Below, piece after piece: positions 1 to 9,761 of a stretch of DNA of 33,094 nt; position 1 is the first letter of the stretch, and every line of letters starts with the position of its first letter. The position numbers and the translations under genes are program-made. The DNA is from Armatimonadota bacterium. Its GTDB lineage: Bacteria > Armatimonadota > Zipacnadia > Zipacnadales > VGFC01. Location of the stretch: positions 1 to 33,094 of the forward strand of contig VGFB01000001.1 of assembly GCA_016869015.1 (NCBI GenBank), given 5' to 3'. The notes below the pieces were generated by a model. It had not been told where the DNA came from. It ran no database searches and worked only from the letters and a program-made list of their open reading frames with translations.

Positions 1-112
1 CCTGCAGCGAGTCCTCGGACGCCTGGACGATCAACCCGCTCCCTCGGCACCCCAACTACACTCCGACTCCATACGTCACCGAACTTACGAAGTGAGGCAC
101 TAGCCATCGTTC

Positions 113-253
113 GCCCCTTGCGGGGCTGTCGAGGCCATCCGCCCTTCACGAAGCCCTGACGGCCGTTAGCCCCGAAGGGGCGACGGGTGAATAGCCGTGG
201 GTGAAACCCACGGACCGCCGAGGTCCCTCCCCCCAACTAAGCCCCGAAGGGGC
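113..253. repeat. Cluster of four short GC-rich stem-loops (REP-like) downstream of the RAYT pseudogene
   Basis: Read directly: GCCCC-TTGC-GGGGC (113-126), GCCCC-GAA-GGGGC (169-181), CCGTGGGT-GAA-ACCCACGG (195-213), GCCCC-GAA-GGGGC (241-253). The 169 and 241 copies share the longer direct repeat AGCCCCGAAGGGGCG. No credible ORF covers them. Confidence 0.6.
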
Positions 254-306
254 GGCAGAACCGTCGCTATTCCACGACGTAACTCGCGGCTCGCTTCCGC
301 CAGGGT

Positions 307-978
307 TCACCAGGCTCCACGTGGCCGGCCCACAGGCGCCGCTCGGAGGGTCCGTCCGAGTTCCGCCTCAAGGCCCTTAACGAACTCCGCGCTGCCGAAG
401 GGACGTCCACACGACGTGCAACGCCGTATCTGCTGAACCTCCTCGTCGCCGACCTCCGCAAGCAAGAGCTGCCGCCACGACGCCGGATCCCAGAATCGGC
501 GCCACCACTCCATGTCCAGCAGGCCAGAAGGGTCGGCGCCCGCAAGGTGAGCCTTCGCGCTGGACCATCGGTATTCCCACGCTCTCGCCGTGAGCCCGGA
601 ACGCACGGGGTTGTGCTCGACGTACGCGAGGGCCCGATCACAATGCTGCTCGTCCAGGGGGCAGGAGTAGAACCGGTTCTGCCACAGGTGTCCCGATGCC
701 CCATGCCGGCGGTTGTACCACTGCGCGTAGTGCAGGTGAGTGCGCCCCATTGCCTATGCGAGGGAGTCGTGTGCCTCCGGCACAACGACGAGGTGAACAT
801 GGTTCGGCATCAGGCAATATGCGAGGAGGCGAAGACGCGCATCAGTCGCGCGGTCACGGAGCACGCTGAGATAGAGGCGGCGGTCGTCATCGTCCACGAA
901 GACTGTCTGTCGGTTGCTACCGCGCTGCGTGACGTGGTGAGGAAGGCCGGGGACGACGACCCGCGCAATGCGGCCCAT
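307..978 (-). pseudogene. REP-associated tyrosine transposase (RAYT, IS200-like Y1/HUH transposase) interrupted by an in-frame TAG
   Basis: ORFs 754-978 and 307-750 are in the same frame, separated only by TAG (754-756) and one Ala codon. The upstream part has the HUH motif LMPNHVHLVV. The downstream part has GHLWQNRFYS and the catalytic-Tyr region ALAYVEHNPVRSGL. TAG is a real stop elsewhere in this window. Confidence 0.8.
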
Positions 979-997
979 GATGCACCTTGCAGAAATC

Positions 998-1052
998 AGG
1001 GACAGGCACCAATTTCCAGCGCGACGTCTGGCGGAGATTGGTGCCTGTCCCT
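998..1052. repeat. 55-nt palindromic element, copy 1 (intergenic, overlaps the glmM stop codon)
   Basis: There are perfect 16-bp inverted arms, AGGGACAGGCACCAAT (998-1013) and ATTGGTGCCTGTCCCT (1037-1052), around a 23-nt loop containing GACGTC. A second copy of the same family is at 19812-19866. Confidence 0.85.
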
Positions 1053-2430
1053 AATCTCTGCGCCGGTCCCCAATCTCCTGTTGGATAGCCTCGGCGATGG
1101 CGTCGGCGAGGGTGTTGATCTGGTCCTCGTCTTCGCCCTCGATCATCACGCGGGCGAGGGGCTCGGTGCCGGAATAGCGGACGATGACGCGGCCGCGGTC
1201 GCCGAGGGTCTCGTCGGCGTGCCGAACGACCTGCTGCACGGTCGGAAGGTCTTCGAGAGGGGGCTTGGCGGAGACCTGGATGTCGCGGGTGGTCTGCGGC
1301 ACGATGATGAGGCGCCGGCGGAGCTCGGAGAGGGGCTTGCCGGAGGACTCCATCGCGTCGAGCATCTGCAGCGCGGTGATGAGGCCGTCGCCGGTGGAGG
1401 CGAACTCGGCGAAGATGATGTGGCCGGCCTGCTCGCCGCCGAGGGAGGCGCCGATGCTCTTCATCTCCTCCCAGACGAACCGGTCGCCGACGCGGCTGCG
1501 GGCGACCTGGATGCCGAGGGGATTGAGGGTGAGGTCGAGGCCGAGGTTGCCCAGGACGGTCGTGACGAGTACGTCACCGTGGAGGCGGCCGCGTTCCTTC
1601 AGGTGCGGGCCGCAGACTGCGAGGACATGGTCGCCGTCCATGCGGTTCCCGCGCTCGTCCACGAAGACGGCGCGGTCGGCGTCGCCGTCGTAGGCCACGC
1701 CCACGTCTGCGAGGTGCGCAGCGACCGCCTTGGCGAGGGGCGCGGTGTGCTGGGAACCGCAGGCCTCGTTGATGTTCAGGCCGTTGGGCGTGTCGTGGAT
1801 CGTGACGACCTCCGCGCCGAAGCGCTCGAGGAGCTTGGGGGTGGTCTGCGAGCCGGCGCCATTCCCGCAGTCCACCACGATGGTCAGTCCGGAGAGATCG
1901 AAGTCGCGCGGAACCGTCTGCTCGACGTGGTGGAGGTAGCGGTCGACGAGGTTCAGCCGCTCGACGACGCGGCCGATGGCGCCGCCGGTGGGGTTCGCGG
2001 AGACGTGCTCGCGGCCGAAGTAGGCGGACTCGATCTCGCACTCGAGGTCATCGTCGATCTTGGTGCCGTCGGCCTTGAAGAACTTCACGCCATTGTGCTC
2101 GAAGGCGTTGTGGGAGGCGGAGACCATGACGCCCAGCTGCGCGGAGAGCACGCCCGTCAGATGCGCGATGGCCGGCGTCGGGACGATGCCCACGCGGCAG
2201 ACGCTGGTGCCGACCGAGCACAACCCGGCCACCAGCGCGCACTCGAGCATGTCGCCCGACAGGCGCCCATCGCGCCCGACCAGCACCGTATCGGCGCCGA
2301 TCTTGCCGAACACATACCCGGCGGCGCGCCCGAGGTTGTAGATCACCTCCGGCGTCATCGGCTCGCGGTTCGCGACTCCGCGCACGCCATCCGTCCCGAA
2401 CAGACGCTGCGATCCGTTGGGTTGCTCCAA
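1051..2430 (-). CDS. glmM: Phosphoglucosamine mutase
   Basis: 459-aa ORF with N-terminal FGTDGVRG, the phosphoserine loop SASHNAFEHNG, the metal site AYDGDADRAV and the sugar loop GGEQAGH. It has a TTG start preceded by GGAGAC and ends in TAG. Confidence 0.95.
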   Translation of the reverse strand: MEQPNGSQRLFGTDGVRGVANREPMTPEVIYNLGRAAGYVFGKIGADTVLVGRDGRLSGDMLECALVAGLCSVGTSVCRVGIVPTPAIAHLTGVLSAQLGVMVSASHNAFEHNGVKFFKADGTKIDDDLECEIESAYFGREHVSANPTGGAIGRVVERLNLVDRYLHHVEQTVPRDFDLSGLTIVVDCGNGAGSQTTPKLLERFGAEVVTIHDTPNGLNINEACGSQHTAPLAKAVAAHLADVGVAYDGDADRAVFVDERGNRMDGDHVLAVCGPHLKERGRLHGDVLVTTVLGNLGLDLTLNPLGIQVARSRVGDRFVWEEMKSIGASLGGEQAGHIIFAEFASTGDGLITALQMLDAMESSGKPLSELRRRLIIVPQTTRDIQVSAKPPLEDLPTVQQVVRHADETLGDRGRVIVRYSGTEPLARVMIEGEDEDQINTLADAIAEAIQQEIGDRRRD

Positions 2431-2569
2431 GGGTCAGGTCTCCGTTTCCATCGCGCTCGCCACGGGGATTCCAGGGAGTGGGGGAGAGGTCCTTTACCGT
2501 CGGGTCCGGCCGCAACCGCAGCCCGGCCGTGGGCGTCCTACCCGGTAGGCCTTGGGGAGGTGGAAGCTC

Positions 2570-5500
2570 ATGTACGTCGCGGCGCTCACCGTCCTGGCAA
2601 CCATCGGTTGCGCGGAGCCGACGTTTGGGCCGCCGGCGAACCTCGAGGCCCTGCGCGGGGAGGCGTCCCTGGACGAGCCCGCGCTCGCGCGGCTTGTCGA
2701 GCAGGGCCTGGTTGTGCTCCCTGCGACGGACGGTCCCCACTTGCAGGCGCTGTACTACCACCTGGAGGGGTCCGGCCTGCCGGTGTACATCACCGCCGAC
2801 GCGATGCTGTACCTCTGGTATGAGGCGCATCGCGAGGCCTTGATGAGCCTCGAGGCCCAGACCCTCTTTCCCCAGACGCGCGACTTCGTGGCCGGGCTGC
2901 TTGACGCGACGGAGGCCCGGCGGGCCGCGCAGGACCTCCCGGAGTTGCGAGCCAACGCGATCACGCTCGCCGTCGCGCGGCGGCTGCTGGACGAGGTGTG
3001 GGTGCCGCCGGGGGATCTGGCGCCGGAGGTTGAGGCGGAGGTGGGGTTGGTGCTGGAGCACCGGCAGATGGGCCGCTACCCGGCCGACGACTACACGCAG
3101 TATACGGTGCGCGGGCACTACGCGGAGGATCCCGATCTGGCGGCGTACTTCCGGGGCACGAAGTACCTGGCGCGGCAGTACCTCCCGGTCCTCGCCCCCG
3201 ATGACCCCGAGGGGGCCCGCGTCGGTCTGCGGCGGGCGGTGTGGTTGGCGCTGGCGCTGCGCGAGGGGCCGGGGCTCCGCGCCCGGCATGACGAGATCGC
3301 GGGGCTGCGCGTTCGGCTGGCGGGCCCGGCGGACACGATCGGCCTGGATCAGTTGCTCGGCGCCTGCGAGGCCGTCTGGGGCGAGGGTTGGGGCGTCGAG
3401 CGGCTGGCGGACCTGTCCGCCCTGCAGGCTGAACTCGCCGCCGACCGGTACCCGGCCACGCGGATCACGAACCGGGCGGTCCCTTCCCCAGGTCGCTTGC
3501 CCCCCAAGAACGTCGCCGTGTTGGGCGAGCACTGGCTGCCGGACAGCGAGCTGTTCCAGCGCACCATCGACCCGTTGATACGCGGCCGCGCGCTGCCGAC
3601 GGGGCTGGAGGTCGCGGCGGCGCTGGGGTCCGAGACGGCGGTGGCCAAGCTGGTGCCGGACGCCCACGCGCCGCCCCAAGTCGTCGAGGTCGTGCGCGAG
3701 TTCGGGCCGCAGATGCGGGGGCCGGGGGTGTACGGCGCGTGGTTGGACACGCTGCGGGAGCTGTTCGCGCGGCCGGAGAGTTTGCCGGCCTTCGCGCAGG
3801 CTCCGGCGTATGAGGAGAAGCAGATCAACGCCTGCCTCACGAGCTGGGCGCAGCAGCGGCACAACTACATCCTCTATGGCGCGCAGCCGTACTCGACCCT
3901 GGGAGTCGGCCCGGAGGCTCCCGGACTGGTCGAGCCGCTGCCGGGCTTCTGGGGGCAGTATACGGCCATGTGCGGGCAGTTGGCCGAGGAGCTCGAGTCG
4001 CGGGGCGTCAAGGGGCGTGCGGCGACGGTGCTGCGGCTGCTGGAGACCAAGGCGGAGCGTTTCCGACGCTGCGCCGAGGACCAACTGGCCGGGCGCGACA
4101 TCTCCTGGGCGGCGGACGACATCACGCGCTTCGGCACCTGGATGGGCACGACGATCTACGAGGACCCGCGGGTGATCGCCGACGTGTGCACGGACGCCCA
4201 ACTGGGGGAGATCCTCCACGCGGGCAGCGGCCCGTTCCGCGAGATCATCGTGCTGCTCGAGCGGGACACGGGGTGGCTGGGCGCCGTCGGCTACGTCGGC
4301 TCCTACTACGAGATCATCGAGCCCGACAGGAAGCGGCTCACGGACGAGGAGTGGGCGGCGCGCTTCGATGACCCGTACGACGCGCCGGAGCAGCCGGCGT
4401 GGTTGGGCGCGCTCGGCACGCCGGCGTCGGCGGAGCAGGCCCGGGCACGAGACGAGATGGCGGCCCTGTCCCGTGCGCTGAAGGCCGACCTCGCGTCGGG
4501 CACGGTGGCGATCGAGGGGTTCGTCCAGGCGCACCAATACATCGCCCGAGCGCCGGAGGCGATCGTGCTCCTGGCCGAGCATCTGCACGCCGCGGGGCAG
4601 GACGATGAGGCTCTGCGCGTCGCCGAGCGGGCGAGAACGATGTACGGTTGCGATGCCCGCGACCGGGCGCTCGGACTGATCGGGAGAATCACCCGCGAGC
4701 GCGAGTATGAGGCGAAGCGCGAGCAGGCTCGGCGGGAGTTCGAGCGGGCCCTCGCGGTGACAGACCCACGAGAGGGTCTGTCCCAAACGGAGGAGGTCGA
4801 GCGGCAGAACCGGCGGGCGGAGGTGCTGATTGCGGAGGCTCAAGGTCAGGGCGCGGACTCCGAGTGGCAGCGTCGGTACTCCCGCGACGCACCGGCGCTC
4901 CTGCGGCGGCTCCTGACCGAATGCCCTCGGTCGGGGTACGTCCCGTGGGCCGAGTTGGCGCTGGTCCTGACCGAGTGGGAGGGTTTCTACGGGAGCCCCG
5001 AGTGGGGCGCACCGCCCCGGGCCCTCACCCAGGGACTGCGCGACGGCTTCCGGCAAGTGGCCCAACGTTACCCGAACAGCGCCGTTGGTCTCGCGGCGCG
5101 CGTCGGGGCCGCGGACATGCTGTACTGGCAGGCTGAGTACCGCGAGGCTTACACGGAACTCCGTCCGCTGCTGGACCTCAAGCCCCCCGATCCCGAGCCG
5201 TACCCGCTGGCCGCGCAGCGAGTCCCCAAGCGGTACGAGAGCCTCTCGCTGACGGCGGGGGACCTGGCGGAGGACCTGCTCCAGCAGCTGCTCCCGCAGG
5301 CTTGCCTGGAACGCGACCTGCCGTTGGTGCGGGAACTGGTCGAACTCGCGGAGACGCACGACGTCCTCGACCGGATCGGCACGCCGCTCAGACCCGTCTT
5401 GGACTACCTTGCCGGCGAGCCGGACGAAGCGGTGGCGGACTTCCTCGCGGGACTGGCCTTGGGCGAAGGGTTCCGCAGCCCGGGCGAGCCCGATCCGGAG

Positions 5501-6529
5501 GTGCTCCGGGCAGCTCTCAGCGGAATCGCCGATCGCTTCGCGCAATCGAAGGTGGCCCCGGCCGCCTTGTGGCAGGCGCTGATCGCGGCAGACCTGGTCG
5601 CCCCGGGCCCGGGCGACCGCTCACCGGCCGACGCCTCATGTGCTCGACTCGTGAGGGACTACCCCCATTCCCCGGAGGCGCTGTACGCGCAGGCAGTCGG
5701 GCCGTTCCGCCTGGCGGACGAGGGTGAGGTCCGGGCCGCCGAGCGGCGGCTGAAGGCGCTGCGGCGGGACGCGGCGTGCGACGCGTACGTAGGGGCGCTT
5801 GTCGCGCGCTACGGGGATGAGGATGATCGGCGATACCTCGAGGAGAGCGCGCGGCGACAGCGGGCCGGGCTGAGGGAGAAGTGGGGCACGTGGATCCGCG
5901 AGGCCAGGCTTGGAGAGAAGGACCTGGAGGCACTGGACTACGAGCAGGCCCTGGTGGCGGAGCTGCAACGTCGCCTGCCGGAACGTGAGCTGGACATCGC
6001 GCTCCACGCCCTGGAGGGCCGGCCGCACCCGTACCTTGATCGGGAGGAGATCGAGGTGCTCGGCCGTCACCTCGATGACCCGCGCGCCCGCGAGGCGTAC
6101 TGGCAGACGGGCCGCTGGGAGTGCCTGCTGACTCTCGTCTCCGCCGGCCCCGAGGGCACGCACTTCGACGAGGCGGTCGCCAAGCTGGCCGGGTGGCTGG
6201 ACTCGAACGAGTACCGCGGCGGGAACGGCCCGGCGCGCGCACGCGGTTCGCGGGACTTGAGCCGCGCGCTGGAGAGCCTCCGCACGGGGGCGGACGGCTA
6301 CCGGGGCACGCCGGCAGAGGTGATGGGTTGGGAAATCGCGGCGAAGCTGTGCCTCCTCGCCGAGCGACCCGAACAGGCGACGGAGGTGTTGCGGGAGGCG
6401 CTGGAGGAGGTGGGGGAGGGCCGGCTGCTGCGGGAGCGGCTGACGGCGCTTCAGCAGGAAGCGGAGGCCGTCGTGGAGAGCAAGCGACGCGGGGTCGATC
6501 CCGGCGCCTACCGTCCGGCGGGACCGTAG
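2570..6529 (+). CDS. Large exported (lipo)protein: N-terminal DUF3160-like domain plus a long C-terminal helical/TPR-like region
   Basis: The ORF runs 2552-6529. ATG at 2570 follows GGGGAGGTGG and gives MYVAALTVLATIGC, a signal with Cys. YTQYTVRGHYAEDPDLAAYFRGTKYL resembles the DUF3160 RGHY...YF motif. The C-terminal ~650 aa are Ala/Leu/Arg/Glu-rich helical repeats. The function is unknown. Confidence 0.75.
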   Translation: MYVAALTVLATIGCAEPTFGPPANLEALRGEASLDEPALARLVEQGLVVLPATDGPHLQALYYHLEGSGLPVYITADAMLYLWYEAHREALMSLEAQTLFPQTRDFVAGLLDATEARRAAQDLPELRANAITLAVARRLLDEVWVPPGDLAPEVEAEVGLVLEHRQMGRYPADDYTQYTVRGHYAEDPDLAAYFRGTKYLARQYLPVLAPDDPEGARVGLRRAVWLALALREGPGLRARHDEIAGLRVRLAGPADTIGLDQLLGACEAVWGEGWGVERLADLSALQAELAADRYPATRITNRAVPSPGRLPPKNVAVLGEHWLPDSELFQRTIDPLIRGRALPTGLEVAAALGSETAVAKLVPDAHAPPQVVEVVREFGPQMRGPGVYGAWLDTLRELFARPESLPAFAQAPAYEEKQINACLTSWAQQRHNYILYGAQPYSTLGVGPEAPGLVEPLPGFWGQYTAMCGQLAEELESRGVKGRAATVLRLLETKAERFRRCAEDQLAGRDISWAADDITRFGTWMGTTIYEDPRVIADVCTDAQLGEILHAGSGPFREIIVLLERDTGWLGAVGYVGSYYEIIEPDRKRLTDEEWAARFDDPYDAPEQPAWLGALGTPASAEQARARDEMAALSRALKADLASGTVAIEGFVQAHQYIARAPEAIVLLAEHLHAAGQDDEALRVAERARTMYGCDARDRALGLIGRITREREYEAKREQARREFERALAVTDPREGLSQTEEVERQNRRAEVLIAEAQGQGADSEWQRRYSRDAPALLRRLLTECPRSGYVPWAELALVLTEWEGFYGSPEWGAPPRALTQGLRDGFRQVAQRYPNSAVGLAARVGAADMLYWQAEYREAYTELRPLLDLKPPDPEPYPLAAQRVPKRYESLSLTAGDLAEDLLQQLLPQACLERDLPLVRELVELAETHDVLDRIGTPLRPVLDYLAGEPDEAVADFLAGLALGEGFRSPGEPDPEVLRAALSGIADRFAQSKVAPAALWQALIAADLVAPGPGDRSPADASCARLVRDYPHSPEALYAQAVGPFRLADEGEVRAAERRLKALRRDAACDAYVGALVARYGDEDDRRYLEESARRQRAGLREKWGTWIREARLGEKDLEALDYEQALVAELQRRLPERELDIALHALEGRPHPYLDREEIEVLGRHLDDPRAREAYWQTGRWECLLTLVSAGPEGTHFDEAVAKLAGWLDSNEYRGGNGPARARGSRDLSRALESLRTGADGYRGTPAEVMGWEIAAKLCLLAERPEQATEVLREALEEVGEGRLLRERLTALQQEAEAVVESKRRGVDPGAYRPAGP

Positions 6530-6637
6530 AGCAGTCACCCCTCGGTCGGGCAGATCAGCGGGCACGCGCGGCAGAGGCCGGAGGGGTCGGGGCGGCCGCC
6601 GGCGGCGCGTGGGTGGTCGCCGGCGCCACTGCTCGCG

Positions 6638-7444
6638 TCACTCCTCGGCGCCGAGGAGGGCCTTACGCAGGATGGCGCGCACCTCGGCCTCGTACTGATC
6701 CCGGCGGTCCAGGCAGTTGAGCTTGAGCCTGGCGATGGCCTTGCGGATGGCGGTGCCGCGGTCCGGCCCGGCGGTGGTCGTGACGGCCTCCAGCAACTCC
6801 CCGTCGCAGGCAGCCAGGGCTTGGGCCAGGTCGTTGCGGCAGTTCGCGCGGGCCTCGGCCAGGCTCGCCTCGATCCCCGGCAGCTGCTCCGGCCCCAAGG
6901 CCCCGGCGGCCGACAGGTCCGGAATCGCCGGCTCGATGACCGGCGGCATGTCGGCCAGCGCCGGATCCTGCATGCCGGCGACGAACCCCTGCGACGCGGC
7001 CGAGAGCGCCTGCTGCAAGGCGTTGAGGCTCGCCCCGGAGTCCTGCTGGGCTCGGTTGTAGGCAGCCCCACAGTCTTGCGCCCACTGGTTGTAGGCGGTG
7101 CCGATGGCCTGCTGGTACTGGCCGAGGGCGGTGCTCACCGCCTGGACATGGACCCCGCGGGCCTGCGCCGCCGACCCCTCCGCGGCGGCCAGGTCGGCAG
7201 CGGCGGCGGCGAGGTCCGCGGCGAGCTGCTTGCGGGCGATCTGCAGCTGAAGCGCACGCCCGTCCGCGGCGAGGCGCAGCAGGGCTGCGAGACGCAGATC
7301 GGAGAGGGTCCACTCATCCTCGGAGTCCGCCGTGGCGGCGCGCAGGCGGCCGATGAACGCGTCCGTGACCTCCTGCTCGGTCGCGGCGCAGACCGGCGTC
7401 GGACCGCACGAACACAGCAGCAGCGCCAACAGGAAGTAAGCCAT
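6638..7444 (-). CDS. Hypothetical secreted Ala/Gln-rich protein
   Basis: 268-aa ORF. ATG is preceded by GGGGAGG. The N-terminus MAYFLLALLLCSCGPTPVCA is signal-like, and the body has low complexity but looks coiled-coil-like. I recognise no family. Confidence 0.65.
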   Translation of the reverse strand: MAYFLLALLLCSCGPTPVCAATEQEVTDAFIGRLRAATADSEDEWTLSDLRLAALLRLAADGRALQLQIARKQLAADLAAAAADLAAAEGSAAQARGVHVQAVSTALGQYQQAIGTAYNQWAQDCGAAYNRAQQDSGASLNALQQALSAASQGFVAGMQDPALADMPPVIEPAIPDLSAAGALGPEQLPGIEASLAEARANCRNDLAQALAACDGELLEAVTTTAGPDRGTAIRKAIARLKLNCLDRRDQYEAEVRAILRKALLGAEE

Positions 7445-7537
7445 GCCGGTAGTGCCTCCCCAAGGAATGGCGGCATTCTAGGCGATGTGCGGTACCGCGT
7501 CAAGGGCGTGCCCGGGGCGAGCCGGACGGTCGTCGTC

Positions 7538-8227
7538 TCACCACTCGCTGGGGTACGTCAGCAGGCACACGCGGCGGATGCGGTTGCGCTCGGGGAGGGC
7601 GGGCCACGCGACGCAGCGGAAGTGCGGGCCCTCCCGCTCGTGGGGAGTGGGGGAGGGCCACGCCGCGTAGGCGGCGCCGACCGCCTCCCGCTCCAGAGGA
7701 TCCCAGCGCCTGGGGAGGGAGAGCTGAGGACTGCCCAGGCGGGTCGTAACCACGCCGTTGTCCACGATGCAGCAGGCGGCCGGCGTGCAGGCCGGCACCC
7801 GCCGCGCGGCGGCCTCCCAGCTGACCTCGAACCGCTCGCGGAGGTGCGCGAGGTCCCACCCCGACGCGGTCCCCTCGGCCTCGAACCACTCGCGCGGCAT
7901 CAACAGGTCGGAGGCTCCGGCCTGGAACATCCGCTCCGCACGATCGGCCTCATCCCGGGCGATCTCCAGCGGCGGCACGGCCAGCGCGCACTGCACCTCG
8001 ACGACCTCGTGGGCCAGGATGAACCGCGCGCGATCCGGCGGCAGATCGGCCGGCAGCGAGATCACCGGGCCGCTGCTCCGCAGCACCCAGTGCGGGGCAG
8101 TGACCGACTCCTCGATCACGAGGCCGAGCCGCTCCGCCAGCGCTGTCGGGTCGACCGGCGGCCCATCGAAATGGTCCAGAGCCAGGCGTTCGGCCAGCTC
8201 ACGGATGCGGTCGGAGAGGTCGTCCAA
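7538..8227 (-). CDS. ImmA/IrrE-like (COG2856, peptidase M78-like) protein with a variant metal motif
   Basis: 229-aa ORF with a TTG start 7 nt after AGGAG. RFILAHEVVEV occupies the place of the family HExxH motif. It is followed by ERMFQAGASDLLMPREWF, which resembles the family ANxFAxxLLMP motif. The gene lies 45 nt downstream of rtcB. Confidence 0.65.
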   Translation of the reverse strand: MDDLSDRIRELAERLALDHFDGPPVDPTALAERLGLVIEESVTAPHWVLRSSGPVISLPADLPPDRARFILAHEVVEVQCALAVPPLEIARDEADRAERMFQAGASDLLMPREWFEAEGTASGWDLAHLRERFEVSWEAAARRVPACTPAACCIVDNGVVTTRLGSPQLSLPRRWDPLEREAVGAAYAAWPSPTPHEREGPHFRCVAWPALPERNRIRRVCLLTYPSEW

Positions 8228-8272
8228 CCCTTGGCTCCTGTGAGTCGGTCGTCCGCAGACCGGAGAAGCGGG

Positions 8273-9733
8273 TCAGCCCTTCATCACGCCGAGGGGTTTG
8301 AGCTTGGCGACGAGGCGGGAGATTCCGGCGCCGTCGCAGATGCGGACGACATCGTTCACGTCCTTGTAGGCCTCGGGGGCCTCCTCGGCGACGGTCTTCT
8401 TCCCAGCGGAGCGGATGTAGATCCCCGCGCGGTTGAGCCGGGCGATGACGGCCTGGGAGTGCTGGAGTTTCAGCGCGGCTGTGCGGCTAAGCCGGCGGCC
8501 GGCGCCGTGGCAGGTCGAGCCCCAGGTCTGACGCATCCCCTCCTCGGTACCGACCAGCAGGTAGGAGTTGCGCCCCATGTCACCGGGCACGATGACCGGC
8601 TGCCCGACGGCGCGGTAGGGCGCCGGGACCTCCGGGTGGCCCGGACCGAACGCGCGCGTCGCCCCCTTCCGATGCACGCAGAGGCGCTTGCGCTCGCCCT
8701 TCAGCTCGTGGGTCTCGAACTTCGCGATGTTGTGCGCCACGTCGTACACGATGTCCAGCCCCAGGGCGCGCTCGCTCTTCCCGAGGATCTGTTCGAACGC
8801 GGCGCGGATCCAATGGGTGATGCACTGCCGGTTGGCCCAGGCATAGTTCGCGGCGCAGGCCATCGCGGCGAAGTACCGGCGGCCGGGAGGGCTGTCGATC
8901 GGCGCGCAGGCGAGTTGACGGTCCGGGAGGGCGATGTCGTACTCGCGGACGGCGTCCTGCATCTCCTCGAGGGAGTCATCGCAGGTCTGATGGCCCAGGC
9001 CGCGCGAGCCGGTGTGAACCATCACCGTGATCTGGCCCGGCGCCTCGATCCCGAAGATGCGCGCGACCCGCTCATCGAAGATCTCCTCGACCTGCTGGAT
9101 CTCCAGGAAGTGGTTCCCGGAACCCAGCGTGCCCAACTGCGGCGAGCCACGCTGGATGGCGCGGTCGGACAGCGCGCCCGGATCGGCGCCCTCCATCGCG
9201 CCCTCCTCCTCGAGGACCGTGAGATCCTCGGGCCGCCCGAAGCCGCGCCCGACCGCCCAGCCGGCGCCGTTGACGAGGACCTCCTCCAACTCCCCGCGCT
9301 TCACCGGCACCTTCCCGTCCTTGCCCGTGCCGGCGGGGACGTTGGAGTAGATCGCGTCAACGAGCCGGTCGATGCGGTCCTGCACGTCTCGCAGCATCAG
9401 GTCGGTGCGCAGCAGCCGCACGCCGCAGTTGATGTCATACCCCACGCCGCCGGGGGAGATCACGCCGTCGGACGCATCGATCCCCGCGACGCCGCCGATC
9501 GAGAAGCCATACCCGTAGTGGAAGTCGGGCATCGCGAAGGAGGCTCCGACAATGCCCGGCAGCGTCGCGACGTTCGCGACCTGCTGCAGGGCCGGATCGG
9601 AGCGCATCTCGTCGATCATGGGCCTGTCGGCATACACGATGCCCGGCACGGTCATGCCGAGGTTCCGATCGGCCGGAATCCGCCAGCGGAACGCGTCGAG
9701 CTGCTCGAGCTTCCCCGCGTACTTCTCAGCCAT
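8273..9733 (-). CDS. rtcB: RNA 3-prime-phosphate/5-prime-OH ligase RtcB
   Basis: 486-aa ORF with PGGVGYDINCGVR, HTGSRGLGHQ and STCHGAGR. ATG is preceded by GGGAGGTG. Confidence 0.95.
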   Translation of the reverse strand: MAEKYAGKLEQLDAFRWRIPADRNLGMTVPGIVYADRPMIDEMRSDPALQQVANVATLPGIVGASFAMPDFHYGYGFSIGGVAGIDASDGVISPGGVGYDINCGVRLLRTDLMLRDVQDRIDRLVDAIYSNVPAGTGKDGKVPVKRGELEEVLVNGAGWAVGRGFGRPEDLTVLEEEGAMEGADPGALSDRAIQRGSPQLGTLGSGNHFLEIQQVEEIFDERVARIFGIEAPGQITVMVHTGSRGLGHQTCDDSLEEMQDAVREYDIALPDRQLACAPIDSPPGRRYFAAMACAANYAWANRQCITHWIRAAFEQILGKSERALGLDIVYDVAHNIAKFETHELKGERKRLCVHRKGATRAFGPGHPEVPAPYRAVGQPVIVPGDMGRNSYLLVGTEEGMRQTWGSTCHGAGRRLSRTAALKLQHSQAVIARLNRAGIYIRSAGKKTVAEEAPEAYKDVNDVVRICDGAGISRLVAKLKPLGVMKG

Positions 9734-9761
9734 TGCCCGTCACCTCCCGCTCCAGGCGCGG

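Noticed and set aside
1-103. Possible 3-prime end of a plus-strand gene entering from the left edge and ending at TAG 101-103.
   Set aside because: Only about 33 codons are visible, the sequence is not distinctive, and it runs into REP-like repeats. There is not enough evidence to call it.
754-756. TAG in RAYT-1 as evidence of stop-codon reassignment.
   Set aside because: glmM (1051-1053) and the 2570-6529 gene both terminate at TAG at positions consistent with full-length proteins. TAG is therefore a normal stop here.
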